DNA from: an uncultured Gemmatimonadales bacterium
GTDB taxonomy: Bacteria > Gemmatimonadota > Gemmatimonadetes > Gemmatimonadales > GWC2-71-9
NCBI GenBank assembly: GCA_963695555.1
Contig: CAVOGR010000003.1
Span: 21,730 to 85,729, forward strand
Direction of reading: 5' to 3'
DNA length: 64,000 bases
Positions 9,992-20,761 of this stretch are shown in pieces. A program made the position numbers and the translations under genes. Below the pieces are notes generated by a model. That model was not told the origin of the DNA and made no database searches. It saw only the letters and a list, made by a program, of their open reading frames with translations. Numbering within the stretch: the stretch's first letter is position 1; every line of letters starts with the position of its first letter.

Positions 9992-10875
9992 GCGCGGTGC
10001 AGCCTGCGGGCCCGTCGCGCGAATGCGCGGCGGAGCGGGATCCAGTAGTCGGTATTGGTGGTGAGGGCCACCAGATCGACCCCCGCGGTTGAGAGGGCCC
10101 GATCGCGCGCACGGCGGCGGTGGTCAACGGCGGCCCCCATCCGTCGGCGTGTGGTTGCGCTTCGAGCATCCACCAGCCGCCGGTCGCCCGACTCGGCGTC
10201 ACGAAGCTCGATGATTCCGGTCCGGGGCAGCTTGCGCTCGCGCGGATCCTCCACCGATATCGCGACCACCTCGTGCCGCGCGGCGAGTGTCCTGAGCGGG
10301 CGCTCCCATCCCGTGGCGAAGAAATCGGACAGCACCACCACGATGCTCCGGTGATACAGCAGCTTCTGGGCGTAGACCAATGCCGCGGCCAGGTCGGTCT
10401 CCTTCCCTCGAGGTTCGAAGGCGACCAAGTCCCGAATCACCCGGAGCGCGTGGCGCCGGCCCTTGGCGGGGGGAATGACCCGTTCCACCTCTTCCGAAAA
10501 GAGCAACGCGCCCACGCGGTCGTTCTGTCGCGCGGCTGCGAGGGCGAGCACGGCAGCCACTTCGACCGACAGCGCCGCCTTGGTGAGCGGCTCGCCGAAA
10601 TGGGTGGACCCCGATTGGTCGACGATCAACAGGAGAGTGAGCTCCCGTTCCTCGGTGAATGTCTTGACGTAGGGACTCGCCAGCCGGGCCGAGACGTTCC
10701 AGTCGATGCTTCGGTAGTCGTCGCCCGGTTCGTACGCCCGCACTTCGGCGAACTCCATGCCCTGCCCGCGGAACACCGAGCGGTACTCCCCGGCGAAGAG
10801 GGATGCCACGAGCCCGCGCGTGCGGAGCTCGATGGTCTTGACCTGGTGGAGGATTTCGGGGGAAATGACAGGCAT
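9988..10875 (-). CDS. DUF58 domain protein
   Basis: GEYRSVFRGQGMEFAEVRAYEPGDD..IDWNVSAR. Confidence 0.92.
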   Translation of the reverse strand: MPVISPEILHQVKTIELRTRGLVASLFAGEYRSVFRGQGMEFAEVRAYEPGDDYRSIDWNVSARLASPYVKTFTEERELTLLLIVDQSGSTHFGEPLTKAALSVEVAAVLALAAARQNDRVGALLFSEEVERVIPPAKGRRHALRVIRDLVAFEPRGKETDLAAALVYAQKLLYHRSIVVVLSDFFATGWERPLRTLAARHEVVAISVEDPRERKLPRTGIIELRDAESGDRRLVDARSATTRRRMGAAVDHRRRARDRALSTAGVDLVALTTNTDYWIPLRRAFARRARRLHRA

Positions 10876-10892
10876 GCGAGGAAATTAACGCC

Positions 10893-10915
10893 ACGGCCGC
10901 CCCCGGGGCGGCCGT
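10893..10915. repeat. GC-rich palindrome between moxR and DUF58
   Basis: acggccgcccc-c-ggggcggccgt. Confidence 0.5.
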
Positions 10916-10919
10916 AGAC

Positions 10920-11951
10920 TCAGGGTACCGGTACGGCGTCGATGATCTGCCCGATCACGCGGTCGCTGTCCATGTCCTCCGCCTCGGCCTCGAAGGTGAG
11001 CACCAGCCGGTGCCTGAGCACGTCGGGAGCCAGCGCCCGAATGTCCTCGGGCACCACGTACGAGCGCCCGCGGAGGAACGCGTGGGCCCGGGAGGCAGCG
11101 GCCAGCGCGAGTGATGCACGCGGCGAGGCGCCATAGGCGATCAGCGGCTTCACGTCCTGGAGCCCGACCGCGCCCGGGTCTCGGGTCGCGCGGACCAGGT
11201 CCACGATGTAGTCGAGCAACTTCTGATCGGCGTAGAGCTCGGCGATCATCTTCCGGGCGGCGAGAATCGCCGACGGTTCGAGGATGCGGCTGACCGGGAT
11301 GGGCTCTCCACCCCCCATCCGGAGCAGGACTTCGCGCTCTTCGTCCCGAGAGGGGTAATCCACCCGGACCTTGAGCATGAACCGGTCCAGCTGCGCCTCG
11401 GGCAGCGGGTAGGTGCCCTCACTCTCGATGGGGTTCTGGGTGGCCAGCACCAGGAACGGCTCCTTCAGCGGGAAGGTGATCCCGCCGATGGTGACCTGGT
11501 GTTCCTGCATGGCTTCGAGCAAGGCAGCCTGCACCTTGGCAGGTGCGCGGTTCACCTCGTCCGCCAAGACGATCTGGGCGAAGAGGGGGCCCTTCTTGAC
11601 CTTGAACTCCTGGTTCTTCGGGTCGAACACCATGGTCCCGATCAGATCGGCCGGGAGCAGGTCCGGCGTGAACTGGATCCGGGAGAAGGTCGCGTGGATG
11701 ATCTCGGCCAGAGTGCGGACCGACAGGGTCTTGGCCAGACCGGGCACGCCCTCGAGCAGGATGTGGCCGCCGGTCAGAAGCCCGATCAGAAGCCGCTCGA
11801 TCATGGCTTCCTGCCCGACTATGCGCTTGGCCACCTCGGTGACCACCTGCTGAATGAGCTGCCCCTCGGGGCCCGGCGCTTCCCGGCTTGGCTTGGCACT
11901 CACGGTCCACACCCCCCGGTCATCGTCCGACAACTCGAACCGCTCATTCAC
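10920..11951 (-). CDS. moxR: MoxR family AAA+ ATPase
   Basis: GVPGLAKT, RIQFTPDLLPAD, DEVNRA, ATQNPIE.EGTYPLPEAQLDRF; true start may be slightly downstream. Confidence 0.93.
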   Translation of the reverse strand: MNERFELSDDDRGVWTVSAKPSREAPGPEGQLIQQVVTEVAKRIVGQEAMIERLLIGLLTGGHILLEGVPGLAKTLSVRTLAEIIHATFSRIQFTPDLLPADLIGTMVFDPKNQEFKVKKGPLFAQIVLADEVNRAPAKVQAALLEAMQEHQVTIGGITFPLKEPFLVLATQNPIESEGTYPLPEAQLDRFMLKVRVDYPSRDEEREVLLRMGGGEPIPVSRILEPSAILAARKMIAELYADQKLLDYIVDLVRATRDPGAVGLQDVKPLIAYGASPRASLALAAASRAHAFLRGRSYVVPEDIRALAPDVLRHRLVLTFEAEAEDMDSDRVIGQIIDAVPVP

Positions 11952-12002
11952 AGACTCCCGTCATCGTCAAAGTATTACGATACAACGACGTATGCGCTCC
12001 AC

Positions 12003-12743
12003 CTAATGTTTCGCTCGAGCTTCTTCCGGCAGCCCGATCAATCGGTACAGCGCCGCGGTCTCGCTGGGTGTGAGAGGCCGCCAGGCGCCGGGCTCCAAGT
12101 CACCCAGGCGGATCGGACCATACGATAACCGTGCCAGCCGATCGACCTTGAGTCCCATTGCCTCACACCAGCGGCGGACGATCCGGTTCCGTCCTTCGGT
12201 GAGCGTCACGTCGATGATGCTCCTGCCCTGCCGGCCGGGCCGCACCCGGACCGATGTCGGCGTCACCGGCCGGCTGTCGATCACGACGCGCCGCCCGGCT
12301 GACGCCTCGATCTCCGAGGTGGTCTTACCATGGACCAGGGCCGTGTAGCGACGCACGACCCGGTAGCGGGGATGGGTCAGTCGGTGGGCCGCCTCGCCGT
12401 CGGTAGTGAGGAGGAGCAGTCCCGTGGTCGCGATGTCGAGCCGGCCGACGTAGTTGAGCCCCGCGGGCCGATCGACCAACTCGAACACGGTGGGGCGCCC
12501 CCGCTCGTCGCTCGCGGTGGTCACCACGCCGAGCGGCTTGTGCAACGCGATCCAGCGGCGCTCGACCTGCTTGATCGCCCGGCCGCCCACGGTGATGCGC
12601 TGCACGTCAGGGTCGACCTTGCTGCCGATGGTCGCGACCTGGCCGTCCACCCGCACCTTGCCGGCGCGGATCAGCTCTTCCGCCGCCCGGCGCGACGCGA
12701 TCCCCGCCCGCGCCAGAGCGCGCTGCAGCCGCATCTCGGTCAT
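12003..12743 (-). CDS. rluB: rRNA pseudouridine synthase (RluB/RsuA family)
   Basis: S4 domain RLQRALARAGIASRR, VGRLD catalytic Asp, EGRNR; follows scpB. Confidence 0.88.
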   Translation of the reverse strand: MTEMRLQRALARAGIASRRAAEELIRAGKVRVDGQVATIGSKVDPDVQRITVGGRAIKQVERRWIALHKPLGVVTTASDERGRPTVFELVDRPAGLNYVGRLDIATTGLLLLTTDGEAAHRLTHPRYRVVRRYTALVHGKTTSEIEASAGRRVVIDSRPVTPTSVRVRPGRQGRSIIDVTLTEGRNRIVRRWCEAMGLKVDRLARLSYGPIRLGDLEPGAWRPLTPSETAALYRLIGLPEEARAKH

Positions 12744-13327
12744 GATTCCGCGGGAACGTAGGCGGCTGCCTCATCCCCTTCGTCTTCCGTCCGGGCCGCA
12801 TGCGGGTGCAGCGCCACCGTCAGCTCCTCGGCATCGGGCAAGTTGGACAGGTCTTCGAGGCCGAGCACTTCCAGGAACTGGGGTGTCGTGCCGTAGAGCA
12901 ACGGGCGGCCGAGTCCTTCACTCCGTCCGACCACCTCGATCAGTCCGCGCTCTTGGAGCGTGCGCAACACACCGCTCGCCGACACCCCCCGTATCTCCTC
13001 GATGTCGGCGCGGCCAACCGGTTGGCGATAGGCGATGACCGCGAGCGTTTCGAGCGCCGCGGGCGTGAGCTTTGGCACTCTGAGCGATATCCTGGCCCGC
13101 TCGATGGCCTCGGCATAGGCCGGGCGGGTCAGGATCTGCCATCCGCCAGCCAGTTCCAGGAGTTCGACCGCGTGCTGGTTGAAATCGTAGATCTCCCGCA
13201 GCTGGTCGAGCGCGGTGCGCACTTCGGCCAGGGTCGCGTCGGAATCGAGCGCAGCCAGCTCCTCGACGGTAAGCGGGCGGGAAGCCGAGAACAGGGCGGC
13301 TTCAACGAGTTGCGTCAGCGGTTTCAC
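12740..13327 (-). CDS. scpB: SMC-Scp complex subunit ScpB
   Basis: VEAALF, ALETLAVIAYRQP, GRPLLYGTT..FL. Confidence 0.94.
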   Translation of the reverse strand: MKPLTQLVEAALFSASRPLTVEELAALDSDATLAEVRTALDQLREIYDFNQHAVELLELAGGWQILTRPAYAEAIERARISLRVPKLTPAALETLAVIAYRQPVGRADIEEIRGVSASGVLRTLQERGLIEVVGRSEGLGRPLLYGTTPQFLEVLGLEDLSNLPDAEELTVALHPHAARTEDEGDEAAAYVPAES

Positions 13328-14042
13328 GGGCCACCATGATCGGAGCGAAGGGTTTGAGCTGCATCACCCGGAGCCGTCCCCGACGGGCCAACTCGAGAGC
13401 GGCGAGAAAGGTGGAGAGCAGCGAGGTCAAGTCGGGGTTGGGGCCGAAGGCTTCTCTGAGGCTGAACTCGGCCTTCTCTTCGAGCAGTTTCTCGAGCCGG
13501 GCCGTTGCCCCCTCTACGTCGAGCGGCCGGGGAACCACCCGGTGAAGCACCGGCGATGGGATGCCTTCGACCACCGACCGCGCGGCCTCCAGCAGCTCGA
13601 TGAGATCGACCGTGAGCGGCGGCGCCGGCACTTCCGGAGCTAGCGGCAGGTACCCCCGAGCGAAGCGAGCGGCTCGGCGTTCAGCCAGGCGCGCCATCCA
13701 GATCGCAATTTCCTTGATCTGCTGGTACTCGAGCAGCCGCCGCACCAGTTCGGCCCGCGGGTCTTCCCACTCGTCGTCCAGATTCCTCGGCAAGAGCATC
13801 TGGACCTTGAGGCGAATGAGCCGCCCGGCCATCTCGAGATAGTCGGCCGCCTGGTTCAGGCCCAGCTGATGGATGGCTTGGAGGAACTGATCGGCTATGC
13901 GGGCGATCGGGATGTCGGAGATCTCGAGCTGCTCTTCGCGCAGAAGATGGAGCAGGAGATCGAGCGGCCCGGAGAACTGGTCGAGCTCGACGATGAAGCC
14001 CAAATCGGCGCCGAGGGCAGCGGTTGGAGCGGTACTCGTCAT
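13302..14042 (-). CDS. scpA: Segregation and condensation protein A
   Basis: FSGPLDLLLHL, LVRRLLEY, TFLAALEL. Confidence 0.93.
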   Translation of the reverse strand: MTSTAPTAALGADLGFIVELDQFSGPLDLLLHLLREEQLEISDIPIARIADQFLQAIHQLGLNQAADYLEMAGRLIRLKVQMLLPRNLDDEWEDPRAELVRRLLEYQQIKEIAIWMARLAERRAARFARGYLPLAPEVPAPPLTVDLIELLEAARSVVEGIPSPVLHRVVPRPLDVEGATARLEKLLEEKAEFSLREAFGPNPDLTSLLSTFLAALELARRGRLRVMQLKPFAPIMVARETADATR

Positions 14043-14204
14043 GCGACCGACGCCCGGTCGAGTCTGAGCCCACGAGCCGGGCCGGACCATGTGCCGTCTG
14101 GCGCGGCCGGGAGCGGGACCGTGCTCGGAAACACCCCGCAAGACACTGCCGGGGCCGGAAAATCGGGAGTCAGCGGGCTATCCTTTGGTTGAAACGCCGC
14201 GCGC

Positions 14205-14234
14205 AACATACAACCCGGGCTCCCTTCAAGTCAA
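14205..14234 (-). promoter_or_regulatory. Putative sigma70 promoter for the scpA-led operon
   Basis: Minus strand TTGACT-N18-TATGTT. Confidence 0.45.
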
Positions 14235-14246
14235 AAACGACGAGCG

Positions 14247-14275
14247 TTGACCCGAGCGCCGAATCCGGCTAGAAT
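14247..14275 (+). promoter_or_regulatory. Sigma70 promoter of rpsT
   Basis: TTGACC-N17-TAGAAT. Confidence 0.75.
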
Positions 14276-14332
14276 CATGCGCTTAGGCGGGCCGCGTCGG
14301 TCCCGCCGGTGACCCGAGTAACGAGGGAGCGC

Positions 14333-14584
14333 GTGCCCCAGAAAAAATCAGCCAAGAAGCGCGAGCGGCAGCGGCAGAGTCGGACCGAGGGCAACAAGGC
14401 CCAGCGAAGCAGGATTCGCGGAGCGGTCAAGCGCGTGCGGACAGCGACCACCAAGGAAGAGGGGCTCGCGGCCTACCGCGAAGCTGAGCAACTGCTGGAT
14501 CGCGGCGGGCGGAAGCGCCTCCTGCACCCCAAGGCGGCCAATCGGACCAAGAGCCGGCTGGCCAAGCTGGTGGCCAAGGCCTAG
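14333..14584 (+). CDS. rpsT: 30S ribosomal protein S20
   Basis: MPQKKSAKKRERQ..NKAQRSRIR..LHPKAANRTKSRL; GGGAG RBS before GTG. Confidence 0.93.
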   Translation: MPQKKSAKKRERQRQSRTEGNKAQRSRIRGAVKRVRTATTKEEGLAAYREAEQLLDRGGRKRLLHPKAANRTKSRLAKLVAKA

Positions 14585-14606
14585 CCGCTCGAATGCCTGA
14601 GAAGTA

Positions 14607-14637
14607 AACAAGGGCGCCTCATCGAGGCGCCCTTGTT
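14607..14637. terminator. Probable bidirectional intrinsic terminator
   Basis: 14-bp stem aacaagggcgcctc/gaggcgcccttgtt between convergent genes. Confidence 0.75.
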
Positions 14638-14657
14638 GCATTTCCGATTACCACCCG

Positions 14658-15590
14658 TTAGAGCGAGGCCAGTTCCGCCCCGCAGTTCTCGCAATACCAC
14701 TCGGTCGGCAGATTGAGTCCGCCGCATTCGGCGCACTTGAGCGTCTTCTGTCCCTTACCGGCAGCCTCCGCCCCGCTCCCGGTTTCGATCTCCGGTCGTT
14801 TGTGGCCGCCGCTGGCCCGGTCGGGCGACGGGCCACCGATCTCGTCTTCCGACACCGACTTGAGGAAGTCCAGCTCATCGACGTCCCCGCTCCCCGCAGC
14901 GGCGGCCGCGCCGCCGGTGGGAAACCGCAGCGTCTTGGGACTCGCGGCCGGCTTGCCCTTGCCGCGCGGCACGAATTTGGGGGCGCCAACTCGCCGGCGA
15001 ATGGCATCGGGATCGGTCTCCACCGCGTCCATGGGCGCGGGAGGGGTCAGGGTCTCGCGCTGGCCCGCGGCCTGCTTCGCGTCCGGCACCCACGACTCGG
15101 AGTTGTACACCGGGGTCTTCCCTGCCGGCTTCTCCGCCTTGGGCGCCGCCACCGGTGCCGCGATGAGCGCCTGAATCTCGGCTAGGCGATCGATCTCTCC
15201 GTTGACCGTGTCCAACTCCTGCTTGAGCGCCTCGAGCCCCGCCGAGGACTCGCCGCTGAGCTTGGCCCACTCGTCCTCGCCGTACTCGCCCACCGCATGG
15301 CGCAACTCGGCCTCGGCCAGTTCCTCCTCGGACGACTCACGCTGCGAGTTGAGATCCGACTGTTTGTTGCGAAACTCGGCCAGCTGCTCGGCCACCGCGT
15401 CGGCGTGGCCCCGCAGCTCCTCGACCACGGCACTCAGGCGCGTCTCGTAGTCCTTCCGGACCCGTTCCCGCACCGCCTCCGAAGCCAGTTTCTGGCTCTC
15501 GTCCAGCTTCGCGAGCCAATCCTCGAACTTGGCGCGCTGCTCGAGCAGGCTTTCGATTGTATTGCCGTTGTCGGGTGTCGCTTTGGCCAT
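14658..15590 (-). CDS. Hypothetical coiled-coil protein with C-terminal zinc ribbon
   Basis: Helical N-terminus, low-complexity linker, CAEC-x10-CENC. Confidence 0.75.
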   Translation of the reverse strand: MAKATPDNGNTIESLLEQRAKFEDWLAKLDESQKLASEAVRERVRKDYETRLSAVVEELRGHADAVAEQLAEFRNKQSDLNSQRESSEEELAEAELRHAVGEYGEDEWAKLSGESSAGLEALKQELDTVNGEIDRLAEIQALIAAPVAAPKAEKPAGKTPVYNSESWVPDAKQAAGQRETLTPPAPMDAVETDPDAIRRRVGAPKFVPRGKGKPAASPKTLRFPTGGAAAAAGSGDVDELDFLKSVSEDEIGGPSPDRASGGHKRPEIETGSGAEAAGKGQKTLKCAECGGLNLPTEWYCENCGAELASL

Positions 15591-15730
15591 AGTCACGGCT
15601 CCCCTGCTCTGTGCGGCTCACGGCCCGGAAAGACCATCGCGGGCCGAGCGCTGGCCCGGAATGGGCCAATCTTCCCCCAATTTAACGCAGATCCAACTTT
15701 GTCCAAGCCTGGGTGACCCAGGGGGCGGCG

Positions 15731-17025
15731 TCAACCGCCCGGGGAGTGGCCGCGCTCGTAGACAATCCGGCCTCCCACGATGGTAAAGTCGGCGCGCCCG
15801 ATGAGTGTGGCTTGGCCAAACGGGGTATTCCGGCTCTTCGAATAGAAGGTCGCCGGGTCGACGCTCCAGCGGACGGCGGGATCGATCACCACCACGTCGG
15901 CCGGCGCCCCCACGGCGAGCGTTCCGCCGGGCAGGTTGAACACCCGGGCCGGCACCGTGCTCATGCGGGCAACCAGTTCCGGCAGGGTCAGGTAGCCGCC
16001 GTCCACCAACTCCCGAATCGCCAGGCCGAGGGCGGTCTCGAGGCCCAGGATCCCGTTGGGCGCGTCGGCGAAGGCGCGTTCCTTGGCATCGTAGTGGTGG
16101 GGCGCGTGGTCGCTCGCGATCACGTCGAGGGTCCCGTCCTTCAATCCGAGCCGAATGGCTTCCCGGTCTTCCGACTCACGAAGTGGCGGGTTCATCTTCG
16201 CGTTGGTGTCGTAATTCTCGCAGCGCTCGTGCGTCAGGGTAAAGTGATGCGGCGTTGCCTCCGCCGTCACTCTGAGCCCCTTCTCTTTCGCGCGCCGGAT
16301 CAGCTCCACCGACCCGCGCGTCGACATGTGGCACAGATGGACGTGGCCGCCGGTCAGTTCGGCCAGGATGATGTCGCGCGCCACCATGATCTCTTCCGCC
16401 GCGGCCGGGATTCCCTTGAGGCCGAGCCGGGTTGAAACGATGCCTTCGTGCATGGCGCCGCCGTGCGCCAGGCTCATCTCCTCGCAATGATCGGCCACCG
16501 GAATGTCGAAGGTCTTGGCGTACTCGAGCGCGGTCCGCATCAGGTGGCTCGACGCGACCGGATGCCCGTCGTCGCTCACCGCCACGGCTCCGGCGCCGAC
16601 CAACTCGCCGAATTCGGCCAGGTGCTCGCCCTTCTGGCCGAGCGAGACCGCGCCGATCGGATAGACCCGCGCCTTGGCCGCCTTCTGCGCCTGGCTCACG
16701 ATGAAGCCCACCGCCGCCTGATTGTCGGTCACGGGATCGGTGTTCGGCATGGCGCACACCGCGGTAAACCCGCCCGCCGCGGCGGCCATGGCGCCGGTGG
16801 CCACCGTCTCGAGGTCTTCCTGCCCCGGCTCCCGCAGATGGACGTGCACGTCGATCAGCCCCGGCGCCACCACCTTGCCGGTGGCATCGATGACCGATGC
16901 GCCGGGCGGCGCGGGCACGTTCCGGCCGACCGCCTCGATCTTTCCGTCCTGTATCAGCAGGTCGGCCTGCCCGTCGCCACTCCGGGATGGATCGATCACC
17001 CGCCCGCCCTTGATCAGGATCCGGC

Positions 17026-17029
<4 letters not shown>
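15731..17029 (-). CDS. pyrC: Dihydroorotase
   Basis: PGLIDVHVHLREPG, AMPNT, KMNPPLR, DHAPH; own GTG at 17029. Confidence 0.95.
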
Positions 17030-18534
<1,505 letters not shown>

Positions 18535-18546
18535 CTCGTGGGGGTG

Positions 18547-18575
18547 AAAGTAGCCGCGACACTACTCCCGGTCAA
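18547..18575 (-). promoter_or_regulatory. Putative sigma70 promoter of pyrRBC
   Basis: Minus strand TTGACC-N17-TACTTT, 12 nt before the pyrR ATG. Confidence 0.6.
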
Positions 18576-18589
18576 ATCGCCATGCGAGG

Positions 18590-19230
18590 TCAGGCCGCGC
18601 TCGCCAGGGTACGGGTCGGTTCCCGCCCTTCGCGGGCGCGCCGCTCCAGCCGGAGGTACACCAGCCGGGCCACGAGCAGGACAACCAGGATGACGGCGTA
18701 GATAACCGGTTCGCGCTTGTCGAGCTTCACCAGCCAGAGGAAGTGGAACACCGCGGCCGCGGCCGACACGTAGATCAGTTGGTGGAGCCGCTGCCAGCGC
18801 TGTCCGCCGATCCGGCGGATCCATCCCTTGGTCGAGGTGACGGCCAACGGGATGAGCAGCACGAAGGCCGTGAAGCCCAACAGCACCCACGGGTGCTTGA
18901 CCACGTCGGCCGCGATGGCGCTGGGCGACAGCTCCTGGTCGAACACGAAATAGCTGAACACGTGGAGCGAGGCGTAGAAGAAGGCGAACAAGCCGAGCAT
19001 CCGCCGGAACTTGATGAGATCGTTCCAGCCGGTGAGCCGCCGGAGAGGCGTGACCGTGAGGGTCACGAGCAGCAGGATGAGTGCTGCGATCCCGGTCCGG
19101 TGTTGGATGTTCTTGACCGGCTCGGTCAGCAGCAACTCGCCGGACACGAACGCCTGAATGAGCAGGGCAAGCGGGATGAGCGCACCCAAGAACACCAGGC
19201 TCTTGGCCACACGCTGGGTCCGACGGGTCA

Positions 19231-19231
<1 letters not shown>
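18590..19231 (-). CDS. msrQ: Methionine sulfoxide reductase heme-binding subunit
   Basis: [37 protein letters not shown]. Confidence 0.93.
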
Positions 19232-20152
<921 letters not shown>

Positions 20153-20515
20153 GGGCCTGGGCTCCTCGGGGTCTCGGATACACCCAAATGTACGCGGGAG
20201 GGGGTCCCGGGGGTTCCCAGATTAGGGGATTCTCACGAAGGAGGGGAGTAGGAAGTAGGAAGTGGGGAGTAGGGGTCACCACTGGCTGGTCTCGGCCGGC
20301 GGTCGTTCCGTCCCGCAAGCCCCTTTCAGGACAATGAATTCCGATTGTATGCGTTCGAACTCCCAGGCTGCTGAATATCCTACTACTGAGAGATTCAATC
20401 GTAAGAGGACGGCCGGGAGGGCTACAGGCATGTGAGTGAGGAGTAAGGAGTTAGGAGCAAGTACTCGTCACTACTCACTTTCCCTCTTCCCGACTTCCCG
20501 ACTTCCCGTCTTCAA

Positions 20516-20603
20516 CGGACAGGGTGGGATTCGAACCCACGATACGCTTTTGGCGTACACACGCTCTCCAGGCGTGCGCCTTCAACCACTCGGCCACCTG
20601 TCC
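20516..20603 (-). tRNA. tRNA-Ser(GGA)
   Basis: GGACAGG acceptor, anticodon arm CACGC-CT-GGA-GA-GCGTG, long variable arm, GGTTCGAATCC; CCA not encoded. Confidence 0.96.
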
Positions 20604-20761
20604 TTGCCCTGCTTCCCCGCACCACCCCGCTATTGGTCTGCCACCCCACCCTAGCCCTCCACCAGCTATTGGCTAATGGTTATCGGAACGTAGCAGCAAC
20701 CGAACCTCCCTCACAACACCATGCCATATGAACCTTCTTCCTCACTTGCCGACTTTCCGAC

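Noticed and set aside
6640..10917. Long plus-strand ORFs (558, 620, 265 aa) and similar antisense ORFs elsewhere
   Set aside because: Shadow frames of well-supported minus-strand genes in GC-rich DNA, with no motifs.
20516..20603. tRNA-Ser as integration site of the accessory region
   Set aside because: Its 3' end faces the core side, and I found no integrase or duplicated tRNA 3' end.
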